In this document: piece by piece, positions 17,062 to 26,465 of the stretch
How positions within the stretch are numbered: position 1 is the stretch's first letter
Layout of the letters: each line of letters starts with the position of its first letter
Source of the DNA: a virus
Lineage: Duplodnaviria > Caudoviricetes
Virus record (IMG/VR): IMGVR_UViG_3300038673_000995
Span: 1-40,346 of that record
Strand: one strand, 5' to 3'
DNA length: 40,346 nt
Notes under the pieces: model-generated
Databases searched by the model: none
What the model saw: the letters and a program-made list of their open reading frames with translations, nothing else
What the model was told of the DNA's origin: nothing
Position numbers and translations under genes: made by a program

Positions 17062-18156
17062 ATGAATGCGCTTGTGATTTTTCCTTCCATCCGAGACACC
17101 CCCAACTTTGCCCGATACGCCGAGAACTTTAGCCGCTACAAACGCAGCCCCGACATAATGGTCCTCGATGAAGACGGTAAACATCGAAAGGCTGTTTCAG
17201 CCCAGTTTGCTGAGTATGGGTTTACGCCTGAATTCTACGGGGTAGAGGAGCGGCGTGAATGGTGCAAAAACCATTTAGGCCTTGATGCTGACTTGTTGAT
17301 TCCACAGCGTAGTCACGATGAGCTTAGTTTTGGTTTGCTTGTCGCATTAACCCGCTGCTACGATATGGTTGTTTTCATTGACGATGACACTTATCCCAGC
17401 AGTCAAGACTTCTTAGGCGAACACTGGAGGCACCTGTCAGGCTGTGAATCTGAGGTTAAAGTTAACCGCTTAGGCACATGGGTTAACACTCATCCATACA
17501 TGGCTGCTCGTGGCTTTCCCTACTGTGAAAGACCTGGAGATTTCCATTTTAGCGGTTGGCGTGAAAACTGTGCTTCTGTCTTGAACATGGGGTTGTGGCA
17601 GGGTGTACCTGACCTTAACGCCATAGATTACCTGCAACTTCCCGTAGCATCTAAAACGCCTGAAGGGTTTAATGGGTTTGACCAACGGGCAATCACTGAT
17701 GATAGAATCAACGACTTCCATTTATGCCACGGCAATTACGCGCCGATTTGCAGTATGAACTTAGCCTTCAAACCCGAAATCATCCCCGCCTTCTACCAGC
17801 TATGGGAAAACAACCGTTACAACGACATATTCAGCGGCATATTCCTAAAACGCATCACGGATCACCTTGGCAAAACCCTGAGTGTGGGCAATCCGCTATG
17901 TTTTCATGAAAAGGCGCCGCGGGATTTGTTCCGTGATGCCGAGTTGGAAATGCGCAGTGTCAAGTTAAACGAGACGTTATGGCAGGCTGTTAGCAAAATA
18001 CGGTTAACCTCGGGTTCTTGGTTGGGTTGTTACCGTGAACTTGCTGAGGGCTTGAATGCGGCTTACCGTGAATCCGAGTTTAGCGATTTGGTGTATGTGT
18101 TGACTCGTAAGATGCTGCTTTGGTGTGAGGTCTGCACTAAACTGGGGGCACGTTAA
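17062..18156 (+). CDS. Reversibly glycosylated polypeptide / UDP-arabinopyranose mutase family (GT75) protein
   Basis: IDDD, RGFPY, NMGLWQGVPDLNA, PICSMNLAF, PAFYQ, RYNDIFSG motifs. Confidence 0.85.
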   Translation: MNALVIFPSIRDTPNFARYAENFSRYKRSPDIMVLDEDGKHRKAVSAQFAEYGFTPEFYGVEERREWCKNHLGLDADLLIPQRSHDELSFGLLVALTRCYDMVVFIDDDTYPSSQDFLGEHWRHLSGCESEVKVNRLGTWVNTHPYMAARGFPYCERPGDFHFSGWRENCASVLNMGLWQGVPDLNAIDYLQLPVASKTPEGFNGFDQRAITDDRINDFHLCHGNYAPICSMNLAFKPEIIPAFYQLWENNRYNDIFSGIFLKRITDHLGKTLSVGNPLCFHEKAPRDLFRDAELEMRSVKLNETLWQAVSKIRLTSGSWLGCYRELAEGLNAAYRESEFSDLVYVLTRKMLLWCEVCTKLGAR

Positions 18157-18158
18157 CC

Positions 18159-19349
18159 GTGAAGTGCCTGTTTGTGAATCCGCCTACCGAAGCATGTTTC
18201 AGTTCATGGTACCCTCCACTGGGCATCGCGTATCTTAGCGGCTACCTCAAAACTAAGTTGCCTGAGTGGAAAACCGCATGTGCCGATATATCCATCGGTG
18301 AAGCCCCCCTTAAACGCATGAAAGAAGAAAAACCCGATTTAGTAGCCTTCACCTGTACAACCATCGGCTACAACAACACGGTTAAACTCGCGGCGAAAAT
18401 CCGTGAAGTCTACCCTGAGGTGCCTTTCGTCTTAGGCGGCCAACATATTAGTGCTTTGCCGCATACTTTGCCTCCTCTGTTTCAGGCTTGTGTGGTTGGG
18501 GAAGGCGAAAACGCTTTAGTCACTATCTGCCGAGAGTTTGAAGCGACGGGTAAGCTTTCAAAACGTGTCTATGAGGTGCCTCGGGTTGAGAACCTTGATG
18601 AGTTGCCGTTTCCTGACCGTGAAATGTTTAGCCTCAAAGACTACTACCTTAAACCCCAAAACCACTGCATCGACATGGTCGGCGTAGGCTTATCTATGAT
18701 GACGAGCCGGGGTTGCCGTTACCGCTGCGTCTTCTGTAGCAGCAGCCGATTCTTTAAAGCTCCTATCCGTGGGAACTCAGCGCGGTATGTGGCGGATGAG
18801 ATGCAGTTTCTAAAACAGTGCTATGGCGTGGAGTACCTTAACGTGTTCGATGACTTGTTCCAATTCAGCAAAGAAAGGCTACGGCTGCTAGCTCGTGAAG
18901 TCCATGAACGCCGCTTGGATTTGAAACTGATTATTCAGGCGCATGCGCCCACTTTCGATGAGGAAACGGCGCGGCTGCTCAAAGCTATAGGTGTGGTTTA
19001 CTGTGGCTTCGGGTTTGAGGCTTCGACGCCTGCGATGCTAAAGTTTCTCAAGAATGGCGTTGCATCTGTCGACGATAACCGCAGGGCTATGCGGACTGCC
19101 CACAAGTACGGCATGAAGGCAGGCTCAGGATTCTTAACTGGGGTGCCGGGGCAGACTGTTGAGGATTTGGCGGCTAATGACCGCTTCATCCAAGAGGAGC
19201 ATTTGGATGCTAGCAGAAAATACATTCTGTGTCCGTATCCTGGTACGCCCTTGTGGGATTACGCGAAGCAGAAGGGGTTAGTGAGTGACGAGATGGATTA
19301 TTCGAAAATCTATCAGATGCCAAACGGCAAAAACGTGGTGTTAGCCTAA
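18159..19349 (+). CDS. B12-binding radical SAM enzyme (class B methyltransferase-like)
   Basis: PPLGIAYL, LGGQH, GEGE, SRGCRYRCVFC (CxxxCxxC), GFE, PYPGTPLW. Confidence 0.93.
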   Translation: MKCLFVNPPTEACFSSWYPPLGIAYLSGYLKTKLPEWKTACADISIGEAPLKRMKEEKPDLVAFTCTTIGYNNTVKLAAKIREVYPEVPFVLGGQHISALPHTLPPLFQACVVGEGENALVTICREFEATGKLSKRVYEVPRVENLDELPFPDREMFSLKDYYLKPQNHCIDMVGVGLSMMTSRGCRYRCVFCSSSRFFKAPIRGNSARYVADEMQFLKQCYGVEYLNVFDDLFQFSKERLRLLAREVHERRLDLKLIIQAHAPTFDEETARLLKAIGVVYCGFGFEASTPAMLKFLKNGVASVDDNRRAMRTAHKYGMKAGSGFLTGVPGQTVEDLAANDRFIQEEHLDASRKYILCPYPGTPLWDYAKQKGLVSDEMDYSKIYQMPNGKNVVLA

Positions 19350-19936
19350 TGTGGCGTAGTGTTTTAATTGGAACGGTTAAGAACCGTTTAGCTGAGTTGG
19401 AAGGCGACATCTTAGAAATAGGCTGTTGCAGAGGCGAGTTAACGGTGGCGCTGGCAAAACTTGCTGAGCCCTTGGGCAAAAAAGTCTATGCCGTCGACGT
19501 ATGCGACGTGGACTTTGATAAATCCACCAATGACCGCGGCTTATACTTGCCCACGTATTATGCGGGGTTGGGGTTGAACAGTGAGAATCAGGAGCAGATT
19601 CTCCGTGAAGCCATCGCGCCCTACAGTAACGTGGTGTTTAACCGCGTGGATAGTGCAAAGATGCGTTTTCCTAAGACGCAGCGGTTCTGTTTCGCTGTAA
19701 TTGATGGGTGCCATACGCCTGAATACGTCCATGGCGACTTTAAGCGTGCTTGGCGTTTGCTCACGTCGGGTGGGTTGGTGGCGATGCATGATTACCGTGG
19801 GGATATGCATGTGGTTACAGAATCCATTGACCAACTTTTAGAGGAGTATGCGGCTGAAATTGCGGCTGTTGCTCCTTTGGCGGGTTGGTGGGTTGTCATA
19901 GAGAAAAAAGTTATGGTGACGAAGGATGGCGCGTAA
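19349..19936 (+). CDS. Class I SAM-dependent methyltransferase (Methyltransf_24-like)
   Basis: LEIGCCRG, IDGCH, GGLVAMHDY. Confidence 0.88.
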   Translation: MWRSVLIGTVKNRLAELEGDILEIGCCRGELTVALAKLAEPLGKKVYAVDVCDVDFDKSTNDRGLYLPTYYAGLGLNSENQEQILREAIAPYSNVVFNRVDSAKMRFPKTQRFCFAVIDGCHTPEYVHGDFKRAWRLLTSGGLVAMHDYRGDMHVVTESIDQLLEEYAAEIAAVAPLAGWWVVIEKKVMVTKDGA

Positions 19937-20108
19937 GTTTCGTGATGGCTTCGGCAAGGATGTCACTGCCTACGTTGCTGATTTGGAGGCTAAGGCTGAA
20001 CGCCTAAAAGTGGTTGAGGCTGAGTTAGCTAAACTTAAACCTTCTCCATTGGCGGCGGCTGTAGCTTCTGATTCTACTAAGGTAGCGATATCGAAGAAAA
20101 AGAAGTAG
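19926..20108 (+). CDS. Small basic coiled-coil protein
   Basis: 60 aa, overlaps upstream stop, followed by T-tract. Confidence 0.55.
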   Translation: MARKFRDGFGKDVTAYVADLEAKAERLKVVEAELAKLKPSPLAAAVASDSTKVAISKKKK

Positions 20109-20148
20109 CTGCGTCAGCGGCTGCAAACAAAGCCCCCTTTTTTTAGAA

Positions 20149-20391
20149 ATGATCTATGATAATGAATTATTGTTGAGGCACAACCGTTTGGCAGAAAAAA
20201 CCTACAACCAACTATTCTTTAACTCTGTAGCGGTATTGGAGAAAGACGGCTCTATCATGGTAGCCCCTAACTTTCTCTGTCCTAAGTGTGGTGACCAAAA
20301 AAATGCTTCCTCACGTCCAACTGCTAAACTGTCAACAGAGAAAAGACAGGTATTATTAAGCAGCTTCAACAGTTACAGCAGCTTACCGTAG
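20149..20391 (+). CDS. Hypothetical protein with single CxxC (may be the 5' half of a frameshifted gene)
   Basis: 80-aa AT-rich ORF; CPKC. Confidence 0.45.
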   Translation: MIYDNELLLRHNRLAEKTYNQLFFNSVAVLEKDGSIMVAPNFLCPKCGDQKNASSRPTAKLSTEKRQVLLSSFNSYSSLP

Positions 20392-20438
20392 GTCCAGCAG
20401 CTGAGATAATTGGAAATGCCATAATAGCGGTATCAAAG

Positions 20439-20660
20439 TTGTCACTTGCTCCGGAGCAAAATCTGGCTGTTGTTGAGAGTGTTAATACTTTTTTGACTAT
20501 TCAGAATGCGCAATTAATCGAGTTTTATCAAATTATTGAGCGTATTTTTAGTGATTTTGCGGCTAAATATGAGGCTGATTTTGAGGCGCAGAAGGCAGTT
20601 AGGCAAAAAGAATATTTAGTTCTTGAGCAACTAAGCACTTATTTAGCGAAGTTTGGTTAA
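20439..20660 (+). CDS. Hypothetical helical protein (frame open from 20328)
   Basis: Stop 1 nt before next ATG; weak TTG start. Confidence 0.5.
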   Translation: MSLAPEQNLAVVESVNTFLTIQNAQLIEFYQIIERIFSDFAAKYEADFEAQKAVRQKEYLVLEQLSTYLAKFG

Positions 20661-20661
20661 A

Positions 20662-21684
20662 ATGTCTTACCGGGCATATACTAATCAGAGCGGGATTCAT
20701 CTTTGTAGGGGTAACTCTGTTTTTTCTATTTTGCTGGACAGCCGGCTCCACCACTATTTTTACGAGTTCCAAGCTGACGAACAGAACCCAGACGGTGGCT
20801 TCGAGTGGAGCATCATGCTGGATAGGCTTCCTGAAAGCGGCGTTTTTTCGTTTCCTGTTGACTTTGGCGGTTTGAAGGTGTACTATCAACCGCCTCTAAT
20901 TGAGGAGCTTGCCCCCCGGGAATATGACAGCGTAACGCCGACAGAGGCATGGAAAGACGGCAAACTTGTTGTGTACCGGCCTGAGAACGTTGTTGGCAGC
21001 TGTGCCGTGTATGATGCGGCTGGGCGTAAGGTGTTTCATATTTACCGCCCATTGCTGGTTGATGCGAAGGGTGAAACCTGCTGGGCTGAGCTCAAGATTG
21101 CTGATGGATTGTTGACGCTTATTTTGCCTTTGGATTGGCTGGGGAAGGCGGCTTATCCTGTTGTTGTTGACCCAACTTTTGGATATACCACAGTTGGCGG
21201 TTCTGATGGCTATGGTTGGAACAACCAAAAACAGGCTCGCCGTTTCCAAATGCCTGTTGACGGCGAAATCACTTCCATTGAAGTGTACACTCAGAGAGGA
21301 GCAGTAGGTGACGTGCTACGGGCAGGTATATATAGTGATACTTCTGATGCGCCTAATGCGCTATTAGTGACTGGAAGTGAAGTGGCGGTTCCTGCTTCTT
21401 ATGATTGGGCAATGTCAACACTTAGTTATAATGGAGTAGGTGGAGCGTGGTATTGGTTTAGTTTCATAATTTCAGCATCATCCTACATTAATTATAAATA
21501 TGATGCTGGTGCTCCCGCGAATAGTGCAAATTACAACTCAGACACATATAGCGATGGTTTCGCTGATCCTTGGGGGAAAAACAATTATTATGCTGATTAT
21601 CTGAGCATCCGCATAAATTATACCGCTTCTAGCGGCGGCACAGGACAACAACTTTTCACATTAATCAACCTAATGGGGTATTAA
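20662..21684 (+). CDS. Putative virion structural protein with C-terminal beta-rich domain
   Basis: YRPENVVGS...FHIYRP...YPVVVDPTFGY segment of a type I recall from virion proteins; Y/G/S/N-rich C-terminus. Confidence 0.6.
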   Translation: MSYRAYTNQSGIHLCRGNSVFSILLDSRLHHYFYEFQADEQNPDGGFEWSIMLDRLPESGVFSFPVDFGGLKVYYQPPLIEELAPREYDSVTPTEAWKDGKLVVYRPENVVGSCAVYDAAGRKVFHIYRPLLVDAKGETCWAELKIADGLLTLILPLDWLGKAAYPVVVDPTFGYTTVGGSDGYGWNNQKQARRFQMPVDGEITSIEVYTQRGAVGDVLRAGIYSDTSDAPNALLVTGSEVAVPASYDWAMSTLSYNGVGGAWYWFSFIISASSYINYKYDAGAPANSANYNSDTYSDGFADPWGKNNYYADYLSIRINYTASSGGTGQQLFTLINLMGY

Positions 21685-21688
21685 AAAC

Positions 21689-23158
21689 ATGGGCGAAATA
21701 TTCTACAGACCATACGGCGCAGAAGCCACAATATCCTTCGACCTCTACAAACTTGACGGTACAGGCTTAAAAACCGACGCGGCAAGCGCAACAGGCGACA
21801 TCACTGTTATTAAAGATGAAGCCGCCGAAACAGGTTTAACCGCAGACGCCTTTACCAATGAAGGCTCAAGTTACAGTCTCGTTTTATCCGCTACTGAAAT
21901 GGAATGCAAACATATCCGTGTTCACATCGTAGACCAAACTAGTCCACAGGCGTGGCTTGATAAAACGTTTGTTGTTGAAACTTACGGTAACGCTTCAGCG
22001 CAGCATCCATATATGGGGTTGGCTACGGTAGCGGCTAACGTTACCCAAATTGGCGGAGTAGCACAAAGCGCCACGGACCTTAAAGATTTCGCGGACACAG
22101 GCTACGACCCATCAACCCACAAAGTAGTAGGCGTTGTATTAACAGACACCGCAACCGCAGTAACAAACGACGTGAACTTAACCGATGCTACGGAAGCACA
22201 AATCGATGCAATAGAGACTGACACTAACGAGTTGCAGGGCCTAATCAGCAGCGGCAAACTACCCGCACAAGTAAAAGGCATAGACGACATCGACCTCTCC
22301 GCAACCATGAAAGCATCCGTAAACGCTGAAGTAGATACCGCATTAAACACGGCTATACCTGGCAGCCCCACCGCTGACAGCATAAATGAACGAGTAGCCA
22401 CCATGGACGGGGCTTATACGGCTACCCGAGCAGGCTACCTCGACAATATTAACAATGCGCAGTTGCTAAACTTATCCGCTGACATTCTAGGCAGAATCGA
22501 CGCGGCAATCTCTACTCGCGCAGCCGCTTCCACAGCACTTTCTAACGTAACTTGGACGGATGCGAAGGCAGGCTACCTTACGGGTTCTGTGGCTTTGGAG
22601 GCTACCTTAACAGCTATGAAGGGGGCAGGCTGGACAACAGAGACGTTGAAAGCGATTTATGATAGTATCGCAGGCGGCGGCACCGACCCAGGAGTGTTGG
22701 CAGAAGCAGTTTGGGAATACGCCACCCGTAGTCTCACCGATAAGGCAGGCTTCACCATCAGCGGCACCAAAACCACCCTTGACGCCTTAAACGACATCAC
22801 GGCGGCAGCGGTTTGGGCTGTAGCTACTCGCGCGTTAACGGATAAGGCAGGGTTCAGTCTTGCAGCGGATCAATCAGCGGTTACAGTTGGCACCGTCACT
22901 ACGTTGACGACTTGGGACAAAACAGGCTATGCACTTTCAGCTGCAGGCATCGACAGCATCTGGGATGAAGTTATGGAAGCTGCCAGTCCCACAGCTAGGC
23001 AAGCTATGCGCCTCTTCCTCAGTGCTTTAGTCGGCAAAGTGTCAGGCGTGGGCACAGGCACCGAAGTATTCCGTGACTATGGCGACACCAAAGACCGCTT
23101 AACCTACAGCTTGGATGGAAGCAACAACCGCACCGCAGTGACAAGGGATGCGACTTAA
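21689..23158 (+). CDS. Ala/Thr-rich fibre-like structural protein with AVW repeats
   Basis: AVWEYATRSLTDKAGF and AVWAVATRALTDKAGF repeats; GKVSG...FRD...NRTAVT C-terminus. Confidence 0.65.
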   Translation: MGEIFYRPYGAEATISFDLYKLDGTGLKTDAASATGDITVIKDEAAETGLTADAFTNEGSSYSLVLSATEMECKHIRVHIVDQTSPQAWLDKTFVVETYGNASAQHPYMGLATVAANVTQIGGVAQSATDLKDFADTGYDPSTHKVVGVVLTDTATAVTNDVNLTDATEAQIDAIETDTNELQGLISSGKLPAQVKGIDDIDLSATMKASVNAEVDTALNTAIPGSPTADSINERVATMDGAYTATRAGYLDNINNAQLLNLSADILGRIDAAISTRAAASTALSNVTWTDAKAGYLTGSVALEATLTAMKGAGWTTETLKAIYDSIAGGGTDPGVLAEAVWEYATRSLTDKAGFTISGTKTTLDALNDITAAAVWAVATRALTDKAGFSLAADQSAVTVGTVTTLTTWDKTGYALSAAGIDSIWDEVMEAASPTARQAMRLFLSALVGKVSGVGTGTEVFRDYGDTKDRLTYSLDGSNNRTAVTRDAT

Positions 23159-23160
23159 GT

Positions 23161-23310
23161 ATGGCGGCGTTTAGTCAAGGAGCTTTCGGCAACGGCGTTT
23201 TTTCCATCGGCACCTTTGGGCAGGGTACCACAACCCCGCCTGACCCCATGTTACGCATTCACATTTCTGGGTCACGTAAAACTTTATCGATTAAAGGTGA
23301 TAGAAATTGA
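23161..23310 (+). CDS. Small protein with FxxGxF repeats (49 aa, not in ORF track)
   Basis: MAAFSQGAFGNGVFSIGTFGQG...; fills gap, TTGA overlap with next gene. Confidence 0.6.
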   Translation: MAAFSQGAFGNGVFSIGTFGQGTTTPPDPMLRIHISGSRKTLSIKGDRN

Positions 23311-24233
23311 GTGAAAAAACTTATCCAGGCGATACCTACACTGAAACGTTAGAGTTCAAAAACAAGGCAGGAGCATATTTTGACCCCGCCACGGTTGCGG
23401 TAGAGTTCTATACGCCTGGCGGGGTTTTATCGGGGTCTGCTTTAGCCATCGGCGATTTAACTCGGACATCTGAAGGCATCTACGAGTTAGAGTGGACCGT
23501 GCCCTCGGCTGGTACATCTGGCACTTGGGCGCGTAAAGTCACAGCCACCTCCTCAGCAGGAGAAGTGCAAAGCGACGTGGAACCCTTCACCGTTTCACCT
23601 TTGCTCTATGGTCCCAGTGCGTCGGCGGTGCCTTACTGTACCTCAGAGGTGGTTAAAAGCTTCAGCCAAGTCCAGTACAAGCAGTTGGGTCTCAGTGACG
23701 ACAGCGCCTTAGACACGCTCTTAGAGAATTATGTGTTGCCTGCAGCGCAGAAAATCATAGATAACTATGTGGGTCATAACTTCCAGAATAACAGTGGAAC
23801 GGTGAAGTTGGATGGAAACGGTAAAGAAGTGATTATGATACCTCCGCCGTATCTGCCTACGCTGTCTCTAACTTCTGTGACTGTGGACGACGTGAACGTT
23901 ACAAGCAGCATCAAACGGTACCCCACTTACCTTGCGTTAGACGGCGGCAACTTTACAGAAACCAACAGCGACCACCAAAACGTCGAAGTCGTCTTAAGCT
24001 ACGGCTACGCCGCGGTGCCTGAAGACATCGGATTCGCCTGTGCAGAAGTCGCAGCCCGCCAATTAACCGAATTAGTGCGGCGTAAGCTTGCGCCTGACGT
24101 TATCGCTCGGATGATGATGAAAGACGATGACATGGCGAACTTGTCTAGTGTAGGCAGGTTTAGCCGTATTCTTTCGCCTGAAATTAAAGAAGTCCTCGAC
24201 AAATACCGATACTCAACCATGGACGTGACTTAA
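23307..24233 (+). CDS. Head-tail adaptor (gp15/gp6-like) with N-terminal Ig-like domain
   Basis: YCTSEVVK...AQKIIDNYVG...YGYAAVPEDI...LDKYR adaptor pattern; GIYELEW beta domain; AGGTGA SD. Confidence 0.75.
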   Translation: MSEKTYPGDTYTETLEFKNKAGAYFDPATVAVEFYTPGGVLSGSALAIGDLTRTSEGIYELEWTVPSAGTSGTWARKVTATSSAGEVQSDVEPFTVSPLLYGPSASAVPYCTSEVVKSFSQVQYKQLGLSDDSALDTLLENYVLPAAQKIIDNYVGHNFQNNSGTVKLDGNGKEVIMIPPPYLPTLSLTSVTVDDVNVTSSIKRYPTYLALDGGNFTETNSDHQNVEVVLSYGYAAVPEDIGFACAEVAARQLTELVRRKLAPDVIARMMMKDDDMANLSSVGRFSRILSPEIKEVLDKYRYSTMDVT

Positions 24234-24236
24234 CCA

Positions 24237-24674
24237 TTGACTTTAGCAGGCTCAATAAAAGCAGTGTTGCAGGCAAACTGGACCTTAACAGGCTTGTTGG
24301 GTACGGCTCAGATCGGTTGGGGCGACGGGTGCTGGTACGATTCTGCAGGGTTGGAGCGGCAAGTCACAGTTACCAACTACTTAGGAGGGGCAGTACGGCA
24401 TTACTTCGGCGGCTCCGTCCGCTACAGTTACCCCCAATTCCACGTTAACATCTGGGTACGGGTACCCCCAGGCAGCAGCGGCGAAACTGAGGAGCAGCAG
24501 GCTGAGGATATGCGCTTAGAAGTCTGCCGGGTTGTTATGACTAAACGTGCGGATGTTTCGCCTTTCATCAATATTGTGCCCGTTGATGAGGGTGTGCCCT
24601 TGCATGAGGTGGATGGTCCTGTGCCGCGGTTGATGCGGTATGAAATCACTTTGAAGGGTGCTACGGAAAACTAG
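24237..24674 (+). CDS. Putative tail terminator/completion protein
   Basis: 145 aa immediately upstream of tail tube gene. Confidence 0.55.
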   Translation: MTLAGSIKAVLQANWTLTGLLGTAQIGWGDGCWYDSAGLERQVTVTNYLGGAVRHYFGGSVRYSYPQFHVNIWVRVPPGSSGETEEQQAEDMRLEVCRVVMTKRADVSPFINIVPVDEGVPLHEVDGPVPRLMRYEITLKGATEN

Positions 24675-24714
24675 ACGTGTCATGTTTGACGGGTTAGGAG
24701 GTGAATAAGCAAAA

Positions 24715-25095
24715 ATGAGTGCAATGGAAGGTATGATGGGTTCAATTAGCATAGGCGGTACTGCAGTCGGCAAATTAACCGGTGTAGATTTCGATTGGTC
24801 GGCGAGCCTTAAAGAAATGGCGTACATGGGCGAGGAAGAAACCAGCGAAGTCCTGCATGGCGTACGCAAATACAAGGGCAGCGCCAAAAAAGCATACATT
24901 GACAACACTTTCTTAGCGGCTTTTAGAGCCGGCACAGAATTGGTTGGCACGCTTTATCCGCGTGGAGGCACAGCGCCATACATAGCGGGTACTTTAGCGT
25001 TTAGCGGCGGCAAACTCAGCGGCATGCAGATGGACAGTGAAGCAGCAGTCATCGAAGACATAAACTTCATCATGTACAACATTACCCAAAGCTAA
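24715..25095 (+). CDS. Tail tube protein
   Basis: Beta-rich 126 aa; strong GGAGGTGA SD; followed by T-tract; upstream of chaperone and TMP. Confidence 0.7.
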   Translation: MSAMEGMMGSISIGGTAVGKLTGVDFDWSASLKEMAYMGEEETSEVLHGVRKYKGSAKKAYIDNTFLAAFRAGTELVGTLYPRGGTAPYIAGTLAFSGGKLSGMQMDSEAAVIEDINFIMYNITQS

Positions 25096-25155
25096 TTTCC
25101 CCATTTTTTAGTTTATTTCTGGAACCTTTTGGATTCAAAAACAGGAGCAGACTCT

Positions 25156-25377
25156 ATGAGCGTTAACGTTGAAGAATCAGATTTGGATGTAAGGTTAAAA
25201 TTCGCTTTTGTCTGCGACGGGTCAATGCGTGACTTCATCAAACTACGCGACCACATACGCAGCCTCGCAAAGGTGGATTTAATCTATAACACGAACTCAG
25301 CTAGCTACCTTGTCATCGTGAAGAAGGAAGATTTGACTGAGGAGCAGCGTGCATGTTTGGAACGTAAACAGAGGTGA
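25156..25377 (+). CDS. Hypothetical protein
   Basis: AGGAG SD before ATG 25156. Confidence 0.55.
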   Translation: MSVNVEESDLDVRLKFAFVCDGSMRDFIKLRDHIRSLAKVDLIYNTNSASYLVIVKKEDLTEEQRACLERKQR

Positions 25378-25381
25378 GATT

Positions 25382-25873
25382 ATGGAAAAGAAGAAAACTA
25401 AAAAAACCGATGTCCCAGCGTTTGAGCGGGCTTGCCAGAAAGACGAAGCGTTAGAAGCCCAAAAAGCGCTTGAGGAGAAACAGAAGTTAGCGGAATCTTT
25501 GAGCATCCGTGAACGCATCATGCGCCGAAGCAAAAACCGCGTCATACCCGTAAAACTCCAAGATGACTTAGGCGCCTTTACAGTGCGGTTTCGCCCTTTG
25601 ACTTGGAGTGAGCAGAAAGACATCGCTAAAGTCCAGGGTAAGATTGCGCAGTTGCAGAAGGAAAGCGGAGACAACGCTTTAGCCCTCATCGAAACCATTG
25701 AGCATGACTTCATCAAGTACGTTAGCAGCGACAAAGGCGTATGCTTAGAGCCTGAATTAACTGAGGCGTACTGGTTGGAAGGCAACTTTGACCCTGAAGT
25801 AATCAAAGACATCCTCAAACAGGTTAGCAGTGCTACGCAGGCTGAGGTTGCTGAGGCTCGGTCCTTTCGCTGA
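25382..25873 (+). CDS. Tail assembly chaperone (G-like)
   Basis: VRFRPLTWSE motif; GAGGTGAG SD; located between tube and TMP. Confidence 0.75.
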   Translation: MEKKKTKKTDVPAFERACQKDEALEAQKALEEKQKLAESLSIRERIMRRSKNRVIPVKLQDDLGAFTVRFRPLTWSEQKDIAKVQGKIAQLQKESGDNALALIETIEHDFIKYVSSDKGVCLEPELTEAYWLEGNFDPEVIKDILKQVSSATQAEVAEARSFR

Positions 25874-26057
25874 GTCCAACATCGGTCAGTTTACGTTGCA
25901 GCTCTGTGAGTCTTTGGGGATGAGTATTACGCAGTTGGCGGCGTATCGTGAGGTGGATCCTGTGGGGTTTGCTTTTCATGAGGCGGCGTTGTCGAAGAGG
26001 AATTTTGAGTCGAACCGGCAGAATGAGGAGTTGAAGCGGCAGGCTAAAAGGAGGTAA
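25866..26057 (+). CDS. Tail assembly chaperone T-like extension reached by +1 frameshift
   Basis: Overlapping +1 frame lacking a good start; LCESLGMSITQL...; shift site TCC TTT CGC TGA. Confidence 0.7.
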   Translation, partial: FAESNIGQFTLQLCESLGMSITQLAAYREVDPVGFAFHEAALSKRNFESNRQNEELKRQAKRR

Positions 26058-26062
26058 CCGGG

Positions 26063-26419
26063 GTGGCTGCAACAGTTACAGGTTTAGATGAGGCGAAGTT
26101 GTTTATTCTCAGTTTGCCCTCTGAAGTGGCTTTAGCAGGCGATGATATAGTTGAGGAAGTGGCGGCTCGTGTTGAAGCCAAAGCCCTCTATTATGTTCCC
26201 ATCCGTACAGGTGCTTTGTTACATAGTATTAAAACTGAGAGCCCCGTTTATGGCGTGCGAACAGTCGGCAGCAAATTAGCCTATGCGGGTTACGTTGAGT
26301 ATGGCACTAGCCGTATGCGTGAACGCCCCTATCTGCGTCCCGCTTGGGAGTCTGTACAGGCACAACTTGACAGCATAATTATTGGCGTATTAATGGATCA
26401 TCTCGCAAAATACGCTTAA
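26063..26419 (+). CDS. HK97 gp10-like tail component
   Basis: VPIRTGALLHSI...YAGYVEYGTSRMRERPYLRPA. Confidence 0.88.
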   Translation: MAATVTGLDEAKLFILSLPSEVALAGDDIVEEVAARVEAKALYYVPIRTGALLHSIKTESPVYGVRTVGSKLAYAGYVEYGTSRMRERPYLRPAWESVQAQLDSIIIGVLMDHLAKYA

Positions 26420-26465
26420 AACCTCACCCATTTTTCTTACAATTAACATTTTAGGAGTTTTTAAC

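Noticed and set aside
25297-25818. 173-aa minus-strand ORF
   Set aside because: Shadow of the tail chaperone; no recognisable domain
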